The position numbers were made by a program, and so were the translations under genes. From contig NC_068981.1 in NCBI RefSeq assembly GCF_001194135.2, forward strand, positions 180,621,055 through 180,685,054: 64,000 nt of DNA, read 5' to 3'. Every line of letters starts with the position of its first letter. The stretch's first letter is position 1. The notes below the pieces were generated by a model that was not told where the DNA came from, made no database searches, and saw only the letters and a list, made by a program, of their open reading frames with translations. Shown piece after piece: positions 58,793 through 64,000 of the stretch. This DNA comes from Octopus bimaculoides (Eukaryota).

Positions 58793-60963
58793 TAGAGACG
58801 GCAGGGAGAGAGGGAGAGGGAAAGAGTGGGGGAGAGAGTATGGAAGAGATAAGAAAATAACGGAGGAGACTATCGATATATAAATAAAAAAAACATGATT
58901 GAAAACGAAATTAGATATGACTGTGAAAGTGAAACAGTAAATAGTGCGTATATAAGATGCCACGGAAGCTGCAACAAGTCAGAATATATAAACAAGTTAT
59001 AACAATCCAGTTCAAGAGATTCTTTGTCCGTCTCTGTAATTATAGTTACTAACAACAGTATTAGAATGAACTGTTCCAGTAGTTTGAGCGAACGTCGACA
59101 CATGTTCTGTGATACAACTAATCCCCCACAAGGACTCGGGAAGAAGACCTATGAGGTTTGGTTGTTGTCTTGCTATTTTTTGAGTGAAATTGTACGGAAG
59201 ACTGTCGGATAGGTTACACTTGTAACTGAAAGGTCTATCTCTCTCATTCTTTCTCTCCCTCTCTCTCACCTTCACCTCTTTCTCCCCTCTCTCTCTGTAT
59301 ATATATATATATGTGTGTTTTCTGTACTCTGTTTATCATTTTGTCCACGTTTTTTGCAACGTCCTGTACCCAGATATGCATCTATATACACATGTAGATG
59401 TAGGTATGTACATACAAGTACGTATATATGCATATACTCATATATTATTTGCATTGTATATATATNNNNNNNNNNNNNNNNNNNNNNNNNNNNNNNNNNN
59501 NNNNNNNNNNNNNNNNNNNNNNNNNNNNNNNNNNNNNNNNNNNNNNNNNNNNNNNNNNNNNNNNNNNNNNNNNNNNNNNNNNNNNNNNNNNNNNNNNNNN
59601 NNNNNNNNNNNNNNNNNNNNNNNNNNNNNNNNNNNNNNNNNNNNNNNNNNNNNNNNNNNNNNNNNNNNNNNNNNNNNNNNNNNNNNNNNNNNNNNNNNNN
59701 NNNNNNNNNNNNNNNNNNNNNNNNNNNNNNNNNNNNNNNNNNNNNNNNNNNNNNNNNNNNNNNNNNNNNNNNNNNNNNNNNNNNNNNNNNNNNNNNNNNN
59801 NNNNNNNNNNNNNNNNNNNNNNNNNNNNNNNNNNNNNNNNNNNNNNNNNNNNNNNNNNNNNNNNNNNNNNNNNNNNNNNNNNNNNNNNNNNNNNNNNNNN
59901 NNNNNNNNNNNNNNNNNNNNNNNNNNNNNNNNNNNNNNNNNNNNNNNNNNNNNNNNNNNNNNNNNNNNNNNNNNNNNNNNNNNNNNNNNNNNNNNNNNNN
60001 NNNNNNNNNNNNNNNNNNNNNNNNNNNNNNNNNNNNNNNNNNNNNNNNNNNNNNNNNNNNNNNNNNNNNNNAGTCGTAGACTCTTGTTGCTGATATGGCG
60101 ACGGCGGTGGTCATCGTTGGCTGGACGAAGCTGTTGAAGTGGTCGCTGGCTGATTGTTGCTGCTGCTGTCGTGTGGTACACGGAACAGTCTCTAAGAGAA
60201 ACTGGACCGAGACAAATTTGTGGGGTATGAGTTGATCTATTTTCGCGTTAAGAGGGCTCACCAGATAGCAGAAATATACTCTATCACGTGACCTTATTAG
60301 GGGCCGTGATTGGTCAGTTTGCGTTCTGGCGGGAACGGTTCGAAGAAGTTGCCGATTCGAATATTAATCAGTCACGTGATGACAAGGAATGGGTTCTCTA
60401 CTACGCTCGCATTTATTTATATTTAAATGAGAAGATTGTATGTAATGGCGATAGTAGTTTGTATCTAATGGCGGGAGGTAGTTTCACTACATATATATTC
60501 ATACATATTGATCTGTCTTAGCAACATTATAGGCCGCCAAGTCAATTCAATGCATTGATAGTATTTTTATGGACTGCAACGTACAGCATATGTAAATTAG
60601 AATTGTACCCCTAGACCTATGAGACCACCTACCCATACAGGTAACAGCCTAGTGTCCCCATGCCTTAAGACGGTACTGCGAGAGCTATCTATCCATCCAT
60701 CCATTTATCTATCTTTTTATTCATCCATCCATCTATCTATCTGTGAGATTCTCAGCTTTTTTAGCTGCTATTTCTGAACTTCGGTATATGGTGAAGCAAA
60801 CATTTGCTGATCCCTTAATTATGTTTATAAATATATATGAGCTTTTAAATAAGTTCTCCACCAACAATGGTGCTTTCATACCGATGAGCTTGGTAAAAAT
60901 TGTTAATTGTTAATTGATTTATTAATTAATAAATTGATAATCCTTTACCCTTTTAATTTGTAA

Positions 60964-61007
<44 letters not shown>

Positions 61008-61739
61008 CATCCATCTATNNNNNNNNNNNNNNNNNNNNNNNNNNNNNNNNNNNNNNNNNNNNNNNNNNNNNNNNNNNNNNNNNNNNNNNNNNNNNNNNNN
61101 NNNNNNNNNNNNNNNNNNNNNNNNNNNNNNNNNNNNNNNNNNNNNNNNNNNNNNNNNNNNNNNNNNNNNNNNNNNNNNNNNNNNNNNNNNNNNNNNNNNN
61201 NNNNNNNNNNNNNNNNNNNNNNNNNNNNNNNNNNNNNNNNNNNNNNNNNNNNNNNNNNNNNNNNNNNNNNNNNNNNNNNNNNNNNNNNNNNNNNNNNNNN
61301 NNNNNNNNNNNNNNNNNNNNNNNNNNNNNNNNNNNNNNNNNNNNNNNNNNNNNNNNNNNNNNNNNNNNNNNNNNNNNNNNNNNNNNNNNNNNNNNNNNNN
61401 NNNNNNNNNNNNNNNNNNNNNNNNNNNNNNNNNNNNNNNNNNNNNNNNNNNNNNNNNNNNNNNNNNNNNNNNNNNNNNNNNNNNNNNNNNNNNNNNNNNN
61501 NNNNNNNNNNNNNNNNNNNNNNNNNNNNNNNNNNNNNNNNNNNNNNNNNNNNNNNNNNNNNNNNNNNNNNNNNNNNNNNNNNNNNNNNNNNNNNNNNNNN
61601 NNNNNNNNNNNNNNNNNNNNNNNNNNNNNNNNNNNNNNNNNNNNNNNNNNNNNNNNNNNNNNNNNNNNNNNNNNNNNNNNNNNNNNNNNNNNNNNNNNNN
61701 NNNNNNNNNNNNNNNNNNNNNNNNNNNNNNNNNNNNNNG

Positions 61740-62700
61740 AATATAAAAAAAAACGCGCGCAAAGCAGCGGGAGGGTGGGGAGAGGAGCTCGGAAAATTCA
61801 CAAGATCCGAGTTTTTCCCTCATAACTTTTAGGAAAATGGGGTTTATTCAATGAAATTTTATAGAAATACCTTTGAAATGGCATACATTACGATTATGAA
61901 GAAATTTGTGGGTAAAATCTTTTCCAAGGGGGTGGGAAGAGGACTTCAGAAAATTCGCAAGATCCGAGTTTTTCCCTCGTTTATTATTAATTTCAAACTT
62001 CTTTGATTCTTCAATCCAATGTAATCTACACTCTCGAAAACGTATTTCTGCAAAATGTCATCTTAAAATATGTGTAAAGAAAGGGGGCTGATGCAGTTTC
62101 GCACCTCACCTTCAAAAGTGTATTTTTTAATAAAGATTTCTTCGGATTGCTAGTTATTGGTAGAATTGCATTTGTAAAAATTTAACGTCTCTGTATGTGT
62201 GTGTGTGTGTGTGTATGTGCATGTGTATATCTATATATGTATACATATATGTATGTATATAGTTGTGTGTGTGTATATATGTGCGCGTGTGTATATATAT
62301 ATATATATATATAGGTATACATTTATGTATGTATATATATAATGTATGTATGTATCTCTCTCTCTATATATAGATAGATACAGAGAGAGAGAGAAAGTAA
62401 TAACGAGTGAATGAGAATAACGACGGAAGGGTAAAAAAAGTGTGAAAATAGTTGAAGATAAAATGAAACAAAATTGAAGCCAAAACATTAAAAATTATTG
62501 GAATCGTAATGTATGCAGTTTGAAAGGTATTTCTTTAAGAATTTCATTGAAAAAAACCCCATTTTCCTAAAAGTTATCAGGGAAAAACTCGGATCTTGTG
62601 AATTTTCCGAGCTCCTCTCCCCGCTCACCCGTTGCTTTGCGCTTTTTTTTTTTTTTTTTTCATATTCGTTTCCTACACATTTATTTTACACCCATTACAC
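61740..62700. repeat. inverted pair of an unclassified repeat, also present at about 41345-41640 and 50380-50915
   Basis: gaaaaactcggatcttgtgaattttccgagctcctctcccc block in both orientations. Confidence 0.8.
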
Positions 62701-62967
62701 TATTTTTTTCTTCTGATTTTCGTTTCTTGGTCAAGCCGTTATTGGCGATCTTTCGATTTGACCACAGTTTAGACCACTTCTTAAACCACGTGCATTTGTT
62801 CATGTTTGTGAACGAAATCGTCGCTTTCAGGAAAAAGTCTTTAACTTTTTTAAATATGTGGTGGGGAGGGGATCTTTTGAAGTCGGCGTGAAGCGAAAGA
62901 ATTGATGTGTGTGTGTTTGATGGGGTGTGCAAGACAGAAAGTGTGGTGTGTATATGAAGTCATTTTG

Positions 62968-63049
<82 letters not shown>

Positions 63050-64000
63050 GTTATGTATGTGTGTATGTATGAATGGCTTCAGTGACACACACACACACAC
63101 ACAAATATATAGATGTATAAATGGTGGCAGCCGATGAAGGATATGTTCTCTATGTGGCCTGCGTGTTTTTTGTACCGTGTTTATCATTTTGTCCATGTTT
63201 TTTTTGCAACGTCATGTACCCAGATATGTATCTATATGTACATGTAGATGAAGGTATGTACATATATGTACATATATATGCATATACTCATATATTGTTT
63301 GTATCACACGATCGAACTCACGCGTTACCTTTACAAGTAAGTTTTGAACTTTATTTTTCTGACGCGACTCTTTCTATCTTTGTATCTATCTCCCCCTCTC
63401 ATTCTTCCCTCTACTGTTCTTCGCTTCTCCCCGTTACTACTATATATATATCTCTCTATCTCTTGTTGCTCGTCCTTCGCCTCTCACTGCCACTACTATC
63501 TCTCTCTCTCTACCTCTCGTCGCTCACTTATATTCTACTTCCTCCCCTTCTTCTCCCTCTACCACTCTTTCTTCCTACCCCTCGCTGGTCACATGTGTTC
63601 AGTTGCCATTTCTTTTCGGTCTCTGACCACCTAAGCTTCGGACGTACTTCTTCGCCTCTCCAGTTCGTGCTTCACAGCGTTCAATATACACATACTTCTC
63701 CACATCTGGCTGTATAGCCTTTTCTGTTTGTTTATTTCACCGTTTCGTTTTCCTGTCTTGTTTTCCGTCCGCCACTATCCATGGAACAAATTTGTGTCCG
63801 TGGGAAGAGCCATTTTAACGATGCGTCCTGCCCTAACTCTTCGAAACGCCAGTGTTTTAATGGTGGCAGCTGATGAAGGATATGTTCTCTATGTGGCCTG
63901 CGTGTTTTTTGTACCTTGTTTATCATTTTGTCCATGTTTATTTGCAACGTCATGTACCCAGATATGTATCTATATGTACATGCAGATGAAAGTATGTAGA

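Larger units (their letters stand above)
45372..61738. other. eight assembly gaps: 45372-45399, 46627-47033, 47745-47809, 55560-55757, 57348-57873, 58619-58731, 59466-60071, 61019-61738
   Basis: N runs, mostly flanked by microsatellites. Confidence 0.98.

Noticed and set aside
46405-61823. Long ORFs (150-330 aa) in the ORF track
   Set aside because: They are open only because they run through N gaps or microsatellites.
63121-63717. 198-aa ORF as a membrane protein
   Set aside because: Its hydrophobicity comes from CT/TA low-complexity tracts, and its 5' part is a repeat duplicated at 59300 and 63870.
63790-63860. Possible fourth hammerhead (gaagag...ctcttcgaaacg)
   Set aside because: No CTGANGA-like strand or stem I/III could be assigned.

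Overview
AT-rich, repeat-dense animal genomic DNA. The SINE/LINE repertoire looks to me like an octopod cephalopod (pattern recognition, not a database result). Bases 288-39453 (+) hold the 3' two-thirds of an FKBP15 (WAFL) ortholog: 21 GT-AG exons that I spliced by hand in consistent phase, giving 897 aa plus stop. The peptide covers the [13 protein letters not shown] block, the long coiled coil, an acidic tail and the C-terminus [20 protein letters not shown]; the N-terminal part, including the FKBP domain, lies upstream of the window. Its introns are filled with tRNA-derived SINEs, (GAT)n-tailed RTE-type elements, TTAA MITEs, an RTE LINE and a Penelope remnant. From about 40 kb on there is no recognisable host gene, only a gapped, nested patchwork of Penelope-like, solo-LTR, hATm-like, maT, CRE-like and telomere-like sequence. 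Most interesting signals: (1) three hammerhead-ribozyme-like motifs in Penelope-type contexts, one directly downstream of a tRNA-like Pol III promoter and one with a 19-bp extended stem II; (2) a roughly 370-bp intronic fold-back whose left arm is bracketed by a 24-nt direct repeat; (3) a dead partial copy of an FKBP15 exon; (4) an LFa/aDLF-like FKBP15 C-terminus; (5) an inverted (CCCTAA)/(TTAGGG) junction inside a CRE-like element. I found no evidence for a wholly new protein-coding system, and most ORF-track entries are repeat or gap artefacts. Repeat boundaries are approximate unless a TSD or TIR is quoted.
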